From an uncultured Verrucomicrobiae bacterium (GTDB taxonomy: Bacteria; Verrucomicrobiota; Verrucomicrobiia; Chthoniobacterales; UBA10450), in the NCBI GenBank assembly GCA_963756875.1, contig CAVWPA010000001.1:608001-672000 (forward strand): DNA of 64,000 nt, given 5' to 3'. Both the position numbers and the translations under genes were made by a program. Below the pieces are notes generated by a model, which had not been told where the DNA came from, did not search any database, and was given only the letters and a program-made list of their open reading frames with translations. This document shows positions 31,922 to 41,418 of this stretch, in pieces (the first letter of the stretch is position 1; every line of letters begins with the position of its first letter).

Positions 31922-34101
31922 ATGGAATGGCTGATACTGTTTGCCGTCCTCTTGCTTTGCGCTCCTTTTGTCATCTCGATTGTCTGCCTGGCGCGATTCG
32001 GTAAGCTGCAGGCCGCGCTCGACGAAATAAAGCGGCGCGTCGTGGAATTGGAGAGCGGCAAGGAGGCCCGCGCTGCGCAGCCTGCGTCACCAAAGCACGC
32101 CATCCCGCCGCCGCTGCCCGCTTTCCTAAAGCCGCCGCCACCTTCTCCTGCGGTGCCCAGGACTCCTGTGCCGCCGCCGGCGAACGCGATCAACTGGGAG
32201 TCAATCTTTGGCGTCAAGTTGTTCGCCTGGGTTGGCGGACTCGCCCTGTTTCTCGGCGTCGTTTTCTTTGTGAAGTATGCGTTTGAAAACAATTTGCTTA
32301 CGCCGCTGATGCGAATTGTCGGCGGTGCCGCCGCCGGAACGTTGCTCGTAGGGATCAGCATCTTTCCCGCGGTGAGGCGGTATCGCGTTCCTGCCCAAAG
32401 CCTTTGTGCGACCGGTCTGCTGATTCTCTATGCGGACGCTTATGCGGCGTAACTCTCTACGGTCTGATTTCTCTCACCACGACCATGCTTGTGATGTGGC
32501 TTTTGACCGGGTTTGCGCTTCTTTTGGCGACCCGACTCGATGCGCACAGCGTGGCGTGGCTGGGTGTGATCGGCGGGTTTCTTACTCCCGTGCTGCTCCG
32601 GACAAAGTACACGAACCCGGTGGCGCTCTTTGCGTACATCGGCGTCTTAGATTGCGGGATCGTTCTGGTGGCCGCTCTAAAGCGCTGGAATTATCTCGTG
32701 CTTCTCGCAGCAATGGGCTCAGTGCTGATCGAGTGCGGCTGGGTAGAGCAGTCATTTGGCCCGGCGCCACCGCAAGCTGCGCGGGTAATCTTTCTAGCGA
32801 TCGAGGCGTTGTTCCTGGCTATTTGCATCGCACGCCGGGTAACCAAGGCCGAAGAAAGTTGGAGCGCCGGTGCGGCTGCACTAACGGGCTTTGCGACGCT
32901 TATTTTCTGCTTCGCCAAGTTCGCCAATCCTCCGGAGCCCGGCTGGCAATTCTTTTTTCCCATGCTCTTCCTCGGCAACGCCGGCTTGATTGCCGTCGCA
33001 GCCATGGCGCGCGCCAAACGAGAATCACAACCGATGGCCGCGATGATCGCGTTTGCGCTTGTCTTTAGCTGGTTCACCGAATGGGCCGCTGGGGCGCAAA
33101 TGTTTGGAAGCCATCACCCATTTGTCGCGATCGCATGGTATGTCGCTCTCCTTTTGTTGTTCGCCGGCTTGCCTTATTTCTGCGGCACGGAGCGATTCTG
33201 GCCGTGGCTCATCGGCGCCATTGCCGGTCCGCTTCAATTCTGGTTCGTCTATCAGTTCATGCATGTGCGTTTTCCGAATGCGGTCAATGCGCTTCTGCCA
33301 ATCGCCTTCGCACTCCCGGCTGCGGCAGGAGTTGCGTATCTGATTAAAGTGAAACGGATCGATCTTGGCTCTGCTGATGCGCGTCTGGCTACGCAGGGTG
33401 CAGCCGTCCTGGCTTTCGTGAGCCTCGTATTTCCCGTCCAATTTGAGCGCGAATGGATCACGCTCGGCTGGGCCATTGAGGGCGTCGCGCTGATTTTCCT
33501 CTACCGCTGGATCCCGAATCCCCGCCTGCGCGCTGTCGCGCTCATCGTCTTTTGTGCGGCCTTTGCGCGTCTCGCGTTAAATCCGGCGGTTTTGGAATAT
33601 CATCCGCGCACCCATGTGCCGGTTTGGAACTGGTACCTCTACGCGTACGGATTGGCCGCGCTTTGCTTTTTTGCGGGTGCCCGCTGGTTTAGCGCTCCGG
33701 GTGCAAAGCTTTATGAACGCCGGGCACCTTTCGGGCTCTACGCGCTAGGTGGAATCGTGCTTTTCCTCCTTATGAATATCGAGATTGCCGATTATTTCTC
33801 GATTGGTCCGACACTGACATTTTCGTTTCAGGGAGATTTTGCCCGGGACATGACGTACACGATCTGTTGGGCAATGTTCGCTTTCGCCCTGCTTTTAATT
33901 GGAATGCTGAAAAATGCGCAGGCCGCGCGGCTTGCCGCTATTGCCCTTCTTTGCGCGGCACTCGCCAAGTTGTTCCTGCACGACCTCGATAATTTAAGTC
34001 AACTTTATCGCATCGGCGCTTTCGTCACGGTAGCGATCATCGCGATCGTGGCTTCGTTCGTCTACCAGCGCTTTCTTTCGCCCAGCACGAAAGGAAGTTA
34101 G
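31922..34101 (+). CDS. DUF2339-like large membrane protein, interrupted by one frameshift near 32445
   Basis: NWESIFGVKLFAWVGG..FFVKYAF, GGFLTP and KLFLHDL..LYRIGAF motifs across ORFs 31922-32452 and 32404-34101. Confidence 0.8.
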
Positions 34102-34166
34102 AGGACTAGAAACCCAGCCCGAGATTTTCCTTTCGTAAATCCCGAGACGTTGTTGTTTGTTCGCCG

Positions 34167-35762
34167 ATGCCTCCGGCACAAGATCAGCGAGTCAGTACCC
34201 GCGCGACGGGGGTCGTCGGGATCGCGATCCTTTGCAGTCGCGTCCTTGGCCTGGTTCGCGAGACGGTTTTTGCCGGTCTTTTCGGCGCGGGACGAAATCT
34301 CGACGCGTTTCTGATGGCGTTTCGGTTGCCAAATCTGCTGCGCGATTTATTTGCCGAGGGCGCGCTTTCCACGGCTTTCATTACGACTTTTTCACAGAAG
34401 ATCGCTGTCGAAGGCGATGAATCGGCATGGCGGCTGGCAAACAAGGTCGCAACGCTCACCGCTGTCTTCATGAGCGTGGTGACATTGCTCGGCATCGCGT
34501 TCGCGCCGCAACTTATTGACCTTCTGACGTGGGGAGCCTGGTCTCCTGACAAGACCGCGCTAACGATTCTGCTCACCCGAATCATGTGGCCGTTCATGCT
34601 GCTCGTATCGCTGTCGGCGCTCGCGATGGGGATGCTCAATGCAAAGCATGTCTTTTTCATTCCGGCGATGGCGTCGAGTTTCTTTAATCTTGGTTCCATC
34701 GTCTGCGGCGTGGCGATTGGTTGGTGGCTCGATCCGCATTTCGGCGCGCGCGCGCTCATCGGCCTGGCCACTGGGACACTCGTCGGCGGCACATTGCAAT
34801 TAACGTCGCAATTCCCGGCGGTATGGAAGGTCGGCTTTAGATTTCGCGCCAACTTTCAATGGCGCGATGAAGGAGTGCGCACGGTGCTCGGACTGATGGG
34901 CCCCGCGGTGATTGCTGCCAGCGCGGTGCAGGTGAACGTGCTGGTCAATAGCGGTTTTGCCGCCAGTCTTGGCAACGGTCCTGTAAGCTGGCTGAGCATT
35001 GCATTTCGGCTGATGCAGCTGCCCCTTGGAATTTTTGGCGTCGCGATCGGTACCGTGACATTGCCGCTCGTTTCGAAAAGTGCCGCGGTCGGAAACATGG
35101 GTGATTTTCGTGCCATTCTCGCCCACGGGATGCGGCTCGCGTTTTTGCTCACCGTTCCATCGGCTGTCGGCCTCGCCATGCTTGCCGCGCCGATCATCAG
35201 CGTGATTTACGGACACGGAAGATTCAACGTCGAGATGACAAGACAGACGGCGGGCGCGCTCCGTTTTTACGCCATCGGCCTTGTTTCCTACTCGGTGCTC
35301 AAGGTGCTGACGCCGGCATTTTACGCAATCGGCAAACGCAAAACGCCTATGATGGTGAGCTTTCTTGCGATCGGCATGAATCTTTTCCTCAACTGGCTGT
35401 TCACGTTCCGGTTGGGCTGGGGGCATCGCGGCCTGGCCTTCTCAACAAGCCTCGTCGCGACCATTAATTTTCTTCTCCTTTACGCCCTGATGTGGCGGCA
35501 CACGCGCAGATTGGAAACGCATCGATTGTTGGTTGGTCTGGGCAAGATTTGCCTGGCCGGGCTGCTTCTCGGGCTTGTCTGCTGGGCGGCGAACTATTGG
35601 TGGCTCGATGCGTGGCAGCAGTTGCGTTTCGTCAAAAAGTTGTGCCTGCTCCTTGTGACTATTGCCGCTGGCTCGGCGACATTTTTCGGCGCGGCGTTTT
35701 TGCTGGGAGTGGATGAAGTGCGCGAGGTGCTCGATCTTGCGCGGCGGAGACTTCGAGCGTGA
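34167..35762 (+). CDS. murJ: Lipid II flippase MurJ
   Basis: SRVLGLVRE, DAFLMAFRLPNLLRDLFAEGALS and RLMQLPLGIFG motifs. Confidence 0.95.
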   Translation: MPPAQDQRVSTRATGVVGIAILCSRVLGLVRETVFAGLFGAGRNLDAFLMAFRLPNLLRDLFAEGALSTAFITTFSQKIAVEGDESAWRLANKVATLTAVFMSVVTLLGIAFAPQLIDLLTWGAWSPDKTALTILLTRIMWPFMLLVSLSALAMGMLNAKHVFFIPAMASSFFNLGSIVCGVAIGWWLDPHFGARALIGLATGTLVGGTLQLTSQFPAVWKVGFRFRANFQWRDEGVRTVLGLMGPAVIAASAVQVNVLVNSGFAASLGNGPVSWLSIAFRLMQLPLGIFGVAIGTVTLPLVSKSAAVGNMGDFRAILAHGMRLAFLLTVPSAVGLAMLAAPIISVIYGHGRFNVEMTRQTAGALRFYAIGLVSYSVLKVLTPAFYAIGKRKTPMMVSFLAIGMNLFLNWLFTFRLGWGHRGLAFSTSLVATINFLLLYALMWRHTRRLETHRLLVGLGKICLAGLLLGLVCWAANYWWLDAWQQLRFVKKLCLLLVTIAAGSATFFGAAFLLGVDEVREVLDLARRRLRA

Positions 35763-35764
35763 AG

Positions 35765-35839
35765 TGGAGGGACGACCGAAGCCTGCTCGCCGCGGCGAGT
35801 GTCGTCCCTAATTGGGACGTAACGGAGCACGTCCCTCCA
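35765..35839. repeat. Inverted pair of GGAG-type REP-like elements between convergent genes
   Basis: TGGAGGGACG...CGTCCC and GGGACG...CGTCCCTCCA. Confidence 0.5.
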
Positions 35840-36955
35840 TCAGGCCAACGCTTGATCGAGGTCGTCGATCAGGTCGTCCGCGTTTTCGAGGCCGATGGAT
35901 AGTCGCAGCAGCCCCTCCGGCGAAGTCGCTCCAGGGCCCTCAATCGATGCGCGATGTTCGATCAAGCTCTCCACGCCGCCAAGGCTGGTCGCCCGAATGA
36001 AAATCTTCGTTTTGGCTGCGACGCTCATTGCTGCTTCGCCTCCACCTTTCACTTCAAAGGAAAGCATGCCGCCGAACATCGACATTTGTTTTCGCGCAAT
36101 TGCATGGCCGGGATGCGACGGAAGACCGGGATAATGCACGCGTTCCACGCGCGGATGTTGCGCGAGAAAACTTGCAACCTTCATCGCATTTTCGGCGTGA
36201 GCGCGCATGCGCCATGGCAACGTGCGCATCCCTCTCAGAATCAACCAGCAATCAAAAGGTGAGGGGACCGCGCCGCCCGAATACTGAATCCGGCGAATCC
36301 GTTGGAAAAACTCATTATCAGTCTTTGTAACGACAATTCCGCCAAGGACGTCGCAATGACCGCCGAAGTATTTTGTGGTGGAATGGAGGATCAGGTCGGC
36401 GCCGAGATCGAACGGCCGTTGCAGGACCGGCGCCCAGGTGTTGTCACAAACGCAAATCGCGCCGCCGGCATGAACGATTTTTGCCACCGCGGCAAGATCG
36501 ACAATCTTCAGCAGCGGATTGGAAGGCGTTTCCATCCAGGCCAGCTTCGTCGTGGGCCGCAGAGCTTTCTTCACCGCCGCGAGATCGCTCATGTCGATAA
36601 AATCCGCCTCCAGTCCCCAGCGCAGAGAAATTTCGTGCAGCACGCGCGAGGTCCCGTAATACGCATCGACGTGTGCGAGAACGTGGTCTCCCGGTGCCAG
36701 CGCCTGAAAAATGGCCATGGTTGTTCCTGTGCCGGAAGCAAACGCCGCGGCGACCGCTCCGCCTTCGAGCGCGGCGACACCCTGCTCCAACGCCTGGCGA
36801 TTCGGATTATCGTTACGCGTGTACATGAATCCGCGGGAGTAAGTGCCTTCCACATCGCGCTCGAAAGTGGTGGAAAGGTAGATCGGCGAGGAGACCGCTC
36901 CGGTTGTCGGATCGACAGTATGGCCTGCGTGGACCGCTAGAGTTTCAATTTTCAT
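35840..36955 (-). CDS. PLP-dependent transsulfuration enzyme (cystathionine gamma-synthase/lyase family)
   Basis: PIYLSTTF, YTR..NP, METPSNP, HSTTKYFGGH and ATSLGGVESL motifs. Confidence 0.92.
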   Translation of the reverse strand: MKIETLAVHAGHTVDPTTGAVSSPIYLSTTFERDVEGTYSRGFMYTRNDNPNRQALEQGVAALEGGAVAAAFASGTGTTMAIFQALAPGDHVLAHVDAYYGTSRVLHEISLRWGLEADFIDMSDLAAVKKALRPTTKLAWMETPSNPLLKIVDLAAVAKIVHAGGAICVCDNTWAPVLQRPFDLGADLILHSTTKYFGGHCDVLGGIVVTKTDNEFFQRIRRIQYSGGAVPSPFDCWLILRGMRTLPWRMRAHAENAMKVASFLAQHPRVERVHYPGLPSHPGHAIARKQMSMFGGMLSFEVKGGGEAAMSVAAKTKIFIRATSLGGVESLIEHRASIEGPGATSPEGLLRLSIGLENADDLIDDLDQALA

Positions 36956-37018
36956 CCAGGCGCGACGTTAATTGATTTGATGCGTGCTTGTCGATCTTGC
37001 CTCTAACGAATTGCAGGT

Positions 37019-37097
37019 TGTAGCCACGGCGCTGTGCGCCGTCGGAGGACGGCTCGAATTCATGCAGCGGCAGACGCCCCACAGGGGCGTGGCTACA
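37019..37097. repeat. Inverted pair of GTAG-type REP-like hairpins
   Basis: TGTAGCCACGGCGCTGTGCGCCGT ... ACGCCCCACAGGGGCGTGGCTACA. Confidence 0.65.
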
Positions 37098-37182
37098 GGT
37101 TTCGATTTGACGACGCCGCGAGCACAGCGCAAATAGCAACTGCATTTCGCGACGGGATGTCCCAATTTTCAAACGCGTTTCC

Positions 37183-38445
37183 ATGACTATTTACGACGAC
37201 GAAATCTTCAAAATGGCCTGCGATCAGTTTCAGGTCATTGCCGATTACCTGAGCATCGACAAGAACGACCGCGAGTGGGCGACCTATCCCAAGCGCGCCG
37301 TCGCGGTGACTCTGCCGGTGCACATGGATGATGGCAGCACGAAAGCCTTCCAGGGGTATCGCGTTCAGCATCACATCGCGCTTGGCCCGACCAAGGGCGG
37401 AACGCGGTTCGCGCCCTCCTTGTCGATGGGTGAAACCGCGGCGCTGGCGATGTGGATGAGTTGGAAATGCGCGCTGGCCAGTTTGCCCTACGGCGGCGCA
37501 AAAGGCGGGGTGGCTGTGGATCCGTCCAAATTGTCGCACAACGAGCTCGAAGCCGTCTCGCGCAGGTACATGCAGGAGATGATTCCGTTCGTGGGTCCAC
37601 ACACCGACATCATGGGTCCGGACATGGGCACGAACGAACAAATCATGTCGTGGTTCATGGACACGTACTCAGTCTATCAAGGCTTTGCCGTGAACGAGAT
37701 TGTGACCGGTAAGCCGGTTTCTATTGGCGGGACGGAAGGCCGGCGCGAGTCCACCGGTCGCGGCGTCGTTTACCTGGTCGAGCGCGCCCTGAACATGCTG
37801 AAAATAGATCCTGAAAAGTGCACGGCCATCGTCCAGGGATTCGGCAATGTCGGCTCCGTCGCGGCCCTTTCGCTTGCTTACAAAAGCGGGGTCAAAGTCG
37901 TCGGCATCAGCGACGCGTATGCTGCGATTTACAATCCCAAAGGCATCGATATGCAGGCGGCCGAACAACACGTTATGAAAAAAGGATCCCTGAAGGCTTT
38001 TCACCAGGGCGACCACATCGACCCCGCCGAATTGCTTGTCCAACCCTGCGACATCCTGGTGCCTGCGGCGGTCGACCGAGTGATCAACGAAAAGAACGCG
38101 GGCAAAATCAAGTGCCGCATTCTTGCCGAAGGCGCGAATGGGCCGACTACGCCGGAAGCCGATTTGATCCTCGAAAAACGCTTGGACGAGATTTTCGTGA
38201 TCCCGGACATTTTATGCAACGCCGGAGGCGTGATTGTTTCCTATTTCGAATGGGTGCAGGGGTTGCAGAGTTTTCTCTGGAGCGAAACGGAAGTAACGGA
38301 CAAACTTTTCCGCATTCTCGAGCACTCTTTCAGCCAGGTCATTCGCCGCGCGAAAGAGCATAAAATCTCGCACCGCACCGCAGCGATGGCCATCGGCGTG
38401 GAAAGGGTGCTCAAGGCCAAACAGATGCGGGGCCTCTTTCCATGA
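37183..38445 (+). CDS. gdhA: Glutamate dehydrogenase (Glu/Leu/Phe/Val family)
   Basis: GPTKGG, PYGGAKGG, PDMGT, QGFGNVG, EGANGP and NAGGVIVSYFEW motifs. Confidence 0.88.
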   Translation: MTIYDDEIFKMACDQFQVIADYLSIDKNDREWATYPKRAVAVTLPVHMDDGSTKAFQGYRVQHHIALGPTKGGTRFAPSLSMGETAALAMWMSWKCALASLPYGGAKGGVAVDPSKLSHNELEAVSRRYMQEMIPFVGPHTDIMGPDMGTNEQIMSWFMDTYSVYQGFAVNEIVTGKPVSIGGTEGRRESTGRGVVYLVERALNMLKIDPEKCTAIVQGFGNVGSVAALSLAYKSGVKVVGISDAYAAIYNPKGIDMQAAEQHVMKKGSLKAFHQGDHIDPAELLVQPCDILVPAAVDRVINEKNAGKIKCRILAEGANGPTTPEADLILEKRLDEIFVIPDILCNAGGVIVSYFEWVQGLQSFLWSETEVTDKLFRILEHSFSQVIRRAKEHKISHRTAAMAIGVERVLKAKQMRGLFP

Positions 38446-38446
38446 G

Positions 38447-39385
38447 ATGTTTTCGCATCGCGAAGAAACGCGGGAAAATCGACTGTTCGACGTTCTGACC
38501 GACGAACCGAACGGTCTGCGTCTCGTTGTGTCCCGGCTTGGCGCGGAGTTGATCAGCCTCGCGCGGCGAAGCGAATCTGGCGATTGGGTCGGGTTTCTTT
38601 ATCGCGACAACGACATTACTCCGCCGGCAACAGGCTGGGCGAACCACGCGACGGTGATGGGTTACTATCTCCATCGCCTCAAAAATGGACACAGTTTCTA
38701 TCGCGGCCGGGAAATCAAGGGTGGCAATCACGGTTTCCTCAGAACAAAGACGTGGTCGTTTGTCGAAGGTGAGGTTAAGAATGGCGCCTTAGCCTATCGC
38801 ATGATGCCGGCCGATTTTTCCAAAGCAGATTATCCGCTGAACGTCGGCGTTGATTTGAGCTACCAGATTCAGGGTTCGCAGGTGAATGTCGCGTTCAAAT
38901 TCCGGAATTACGAACCGGAATTGACTGCGCACGTTTCTTTCGGCTTGCATCCGGGCTTTGCTGCGACCTCGTTCGATTCGTTTCACTTTCGAATGCCGGC
39001 CGGGCGGTATCGCCGGCATTTTTCCCCTGACAATTACCTCTCGGGTGGGACAGAGGACGTCGATTTCGCCGGAGGCGAGATGCCTTTTCCGCGCGACCAA
39101 CTGAGCGGCTCGTTCATTCTTGAGTTCGTCGATGTGCCGGACCGTAATTTTGACTATGTCGATCCACCGACTGGCCGGTCAGTGACGATGGACCTTACTG
39201 GCGTGCCCTATCTCACCTTGTGGTCGGATGGCGGACCGTTTCTTTGTGTGGAACCGTGCTGGGGTCTTACCGATCATCACAGGCAGCGGGCGTTTGAAGA
39301 TAAGGAAGGAATTCAAACCATCGGTGCGGGCCAGGAGCTGCGCGCGAGCTTTACGATGCAACCGCGGCTTGAAATTTTGGAATAA
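38447..39385 (+). CDS. Aldose 1-epimerase / galactose mutarotase-like protein
   Basis: GAELISL, HGFLR, FGLHPGF and FLCVEPCWG motifs. Confidence 0.8.
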   Translation: MFSHREETRENRLFDVLTDEPNGLRLVVSRLGAELISLARRSESGDWVGFLYRDNDITPPATGWANHATVMGYYLHRLKNGHSFYRGREIKGGNHGFLRTKTWSFVEGEVKNGALAYRMMPADFSKADYPLNVGVDLSYQIQGSQVNVAFKFRNYEPELTAHVSFGLHPGFAATSFDSFHFRMPAGRYRRHFSPDNYLSGGTEDVDFAGGEMPFPRDQLSGSFILEFVDVPDRNFDYVDPPTGRSVTMDLTGVPYLTLWSDGGPFLCVEPCWGLTDHHRQRAFEDKEGIQTIGAGQELRASFTMQPRLEILE

Positions 39386-39387
39386 CG

Positions 39388-40368
39388 ATGCGTCTTGCCA
39401 CCATTCTTCCAGAGAACGGAACGGGGCCGGTCCCGGCGGTCTCCGTGGACGCTCATAATTGGGTGCCGCTCCATCCCTTCCTTCGTTTTTTTGGCGTAAA
39501 AGGGTTGCCGGAAGACCCGCTTGAGCCCCTGGAACTGTTTCTTCCGATCCTGATCCCGCGGTTCGCGGAGTTCACGCGGAAGGTGAACGACTGGCCGGAG
39601 CACGGCCGTGTTTTTCAAAAAAAGGGCGGCAAAACGGTGCGCGCGCGGAGATTTCTCCCACCGATCAACAAGCCGCCTACTTTTCGCGATTTCTACGGGT
39701 TCGAACAGCACGTGCGAAACACGCGGGCCCGGCGCGGACTCGACATGATTCAGACGTGGTATGAAATCCCTGTCTTTTATTTCTCCAACGCAAACTCGCT
39801 TGTAGGAAACGACGCTGGGATTTTTGCGCCGGCCGGGTCGAACGAGTTGGATTACGAGTTGGAACTTGGTCTTGTGATCGGCAAACCCGGACGCGACATT
39901 CCCGTGGAGCAGGCGTGGGATTATGTGGCGGGGCTTACCGTTATCAACGGCTTCAGCGCCCGCGATCTGCAGCGCGCGGAGATGGAGGTCGGCCTTGGAC
40001 CGGCAAAAGGAAAAGATTTTGCCACTGCGGTTGGGCCGGTGCTGGTAACGCGCGATGAATTTTCCGACAAGATCGACCGGGAGAGAATCTCCCTCGATAT
40101 GCGGGCGCGCGTAAACGGCCGCGAGCTTTCTCTCGGAAACAGTTCGACGTTGTTTCATTCTCTTCCAAGGATGATCGCGCACGCCTCGCGTGACGCAGAT
40201 CTGTTCCCGGGTGCGGTAATCGGCAGCGGCGCGATTGGCGCCGGTTGCATCTGGGAACTCGGTCCGGAAAATACCGGCGGCTGGTTGAAACCCGGCGACG
40301 TCGTCGAGCTTGAAGTCGAGCGGATTGGAACTCTGCGAACGACCATCACGTCGCGGCCGTCTGCGTGA
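39388..40368 (+). CDS. Fumarylacetoacetate hydrolase family protein
   Basis: RDFYGFEQH, PVFYFSN, LDYELE, SARDLQ..GKDF and WLKPGDVVELEVERIG motifs. Confidence 0.9.
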   Translation: MRLATILPENGTGPVPAVSVDAHNWVPLHPFLRFFGVKGLPEDPLEPLELFLPILIPRFAEFTRKVNDWPEHGRVFQKKGGKTVRARRFLPPINKPPTFRDFYGFEQHVRNTRARRGLDMIQTWYEIPVFYFSNANSLVGNDAGIFAPAGSNELDYELELGLVIGKPGRDIPVEQAWDYVAGLTVINGFSARDLQRAEMEVGLGPAKGKDFATAVGPVLVTRDEFSDKIDRERISLDMRARVNGRELSLGNSSTLFHSLPRMIAHASRDADLFPGAVIGSGAIGAGCIWELGPENTGGWLKPGDVVELEVERIGTLRTTITSRPSA

Positions 40369-40389
40369 TTTCGCGCGGGCCGTGTACGC

Positions 40390-40430
40390 AAAAGGCCGCA
40401 CAGCGAAAGCAATTCGCGGTGCGGCCTTTT
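40390..40430. terminator. Bidirectional intrinsic terminator (peptide gene 1 / FAH gene)
   Basis: AAAAGGCCGCAC-AGCGA...TCGCG-GTGCGGCCTTTT, with a T tract on both strands. Confidence 0.75.
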
Positions 40431-40447
40431 GTTCTGCGAATTAAGGA

Positions 40448-40480
40448 AACCGCATTGCGGGGTCGAACCACAATGCGGCC
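40448..40480 (-). other. Conserved 13-bp 3'-UTR hairpin of peptide gene 1
   Basis: GGCCGCAUUGUGG/CCGCAAUGCGGUU pairs fully only on the minus strand (G-U pairs); homologous to 41378-41410. Confidence 0.65.
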
Positions 40481-40495
40481 TCGTCGTTAGTCAGG

Positions 40496-40708
40496 TTAGT
40501 TCTTCGAAGCGCCACCGCCGAGGCTGGATGAGCCGCCGCCGAGACTGGAGGAACCGCCACCGAGGCTGGAGGAACCGCCGCCGAGGCTCGAGGAGCCACC
40601 GCCGAGGCTGGATGAGCCGCCGCCGAGATAATGTCCGCCGCCGCCTTTGGCATCCTTGGATGGTTTGAGGTCACGAACTTTGATGTTTTTCTTAGTCTTT
40701 TTAGCCAT
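40496..40708 (-). CDS. Double-glycine-leader secreted peptide precursor 1 (70 aa; core GGHY-(LGGGSSS)5-LGGGASKN)
   Basis: ATG at 40708 after a purine-rich tract; leader MAKKTKKNIKVRDLKPSKDAKGG is homologous to precursor 2; 21-bp repeats vary synonymously; near a C39-ABC exporter. Confidence 0.85.
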   Translation of the reverse strand: MAKKTKKNIKVRDLKPSKDAKGGGGHYLGGGSSSLGGGSSSLGGGSSSLGGGSSSLGGGSSSLGGGASKN

Positions 40709-40931
40709 GTTGTTTTCTTCTTTCTTTATTTGTTTGGGTTTGTTGTTTGTGTTGGTTGAGTGGCACCGAGCAACAATTGAACGCCCGCCAACGATATTCT
40801 GTTTTGGAATCAGGTCGCCGGGCGGACCAATCTTTCCTTTCTGCGCTTTGGCCGCTGGCCGACTGCCTCTCCGGCGGGCGCATTTGTTTTGTTTTTGTTT
40901 TTCGGTGTGTTCACTTTCGACCGCCCTATTA

Positions 40932-40946
40932 CCACCATTCGTGCCA
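40932..40946 (-). promoter_or_regulatory. Sigma54-type promoter of precursor 1
   Basis: CTGGCACGAATGGTGGTAA: perfect -24 TGGCACG, non-canonical -12 TGG; conserved in copy 2. Confidence 0.65.
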
Positions 40947-40988
40947 GCTCTTTGCGGGTCCGAAAAGTTCACTGCGTTTCTTCTTCTA

Positions 40989-41001
40989 AATCAGGTAGTT
41001 A
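40989..41001 (+). promoter_or_regulatory. IHF binding site (precursor 1 promoter)
   Basis: AATCAGGTAGTTA matches WATCARNNNNTTR and lies between promoter and enhancer. Confidence 0.6.
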
Positions 41002-41046
41002 CAAAACGAAGATTTCACAATTGCGTAAAATCAACGTCGCCACGAC

Positions 41047-41085
41047 GGTCTAATTATGAGGCCGGGCTGGTCTATTATTGAGGCC
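41047..41085. promoter_or_regulatory. Twin 17-bp quasi-palindromic enhancer (UAS) sites, precursor 1
   Basis: GGTCTAATTATGAGGCC and GGTCTATTATTGAGGCC, starts 22 bp apart. Confidence 0.6.
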
Positions 41086-41118
41086 CCGCCCGGCGCAGAT
41101 GTGGCGCGTTTTTTGTAA

Positions 41119-41275
41119 ACGTGTTTCCTTGGCTCCTGGGCATGATCGCACCCCTTCCGCGACGCGGATCTCCTTGTCACGATTGGCCGCGGCGCCGTTG
41201 GCCGGCGACGTCGTCGAGCTGGAGATCGAGCGGATCACGCTGCAGACGAAGATCACGTCGCGTCCCTCTTTGTAA
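41119..41275 (+). pseudogene. Degenerate second copy of the 3' end of the FAH-family gene
   Basis: GDVVELEIERITLQTKITSRPSL* versus GDVVELEVERIGTLRTTITSRPSA* of 39388-40368; ATGATCGC..GACGCGGATCT block also shared. Confidence 0.8.
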
Positions 41276-41321
41276 CGTTCCCCTGGGGCGGGTGTATGTA
41301 CACGTAGATCACAATGTACAT

Positions 41322-41360
41322 AAAGAGCCGCACAGCGGATATATCGCGGTGCGGCTCTCT
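41322..41360. terminator. Intrinsic terminator of precursor 2
   Basis: AAAGAGCCGCAC...GTGCGGCTCTCT, homologous to 40390-40430 with compensatory changes. Confidence 0.7.
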
Positions 41361-41377
41361 GTTCTGCAAATGATGGA

Positions 41378-41410
41378 AACCGCACTGCGGGATGGAACCG
41401 CAGTACGGTC
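41378..41410 (-). other. Conserved 13-bp 3'-UTR hairpin of peptide gene 2
   Basis: GACCGUACUGCGG/CCGCAGUGCGGUU fully paired on the minus strand; co-varies with 40448-40480. Confidence 0.65.
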
Positions 41411-41418
41411 TCGTTTCG

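Noticed and set aside
39313..40401. Long antisense ORFs (39313-40401, 9425-10384, 23699-24658, 52506-53474, 58709-59629 and similar)
   Set aside because: They are shadows of well-supported genes on the opposite strand in GC-rich DNA and have no recognisable motifs.
40500..40627. 21-bp tandem repeats as a CRISPR array
   Set aside because: No unique spacers, the units are contiguous and coding, and no cas genes are present.
40429..40674. Arg-rich (40429-40668, +) and Ala/Pro-rich (40441-40674, -) repeat ORFs
   Set aside because: They are alternative frames of the Gly/Ser repeat; base variation is synonymous only in the LGGGSSS frame.
40780..40885. Glycine riboswitch in the precursor-1 leader (GGAGAG...GCCAAAGCGCA resemblance)
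   Set aside because: The downstream CUCUCAGG-type element is absent and the match is loose; kept only as an unidentified structured leader.
40709..40972. N-terminal 88 codons of the 158-aa ORF 40496-40972
   Set aside because: The upstream start lies beyond the predicted sigma54 promoter, and homology with precursor 2 begins at Met 40708.
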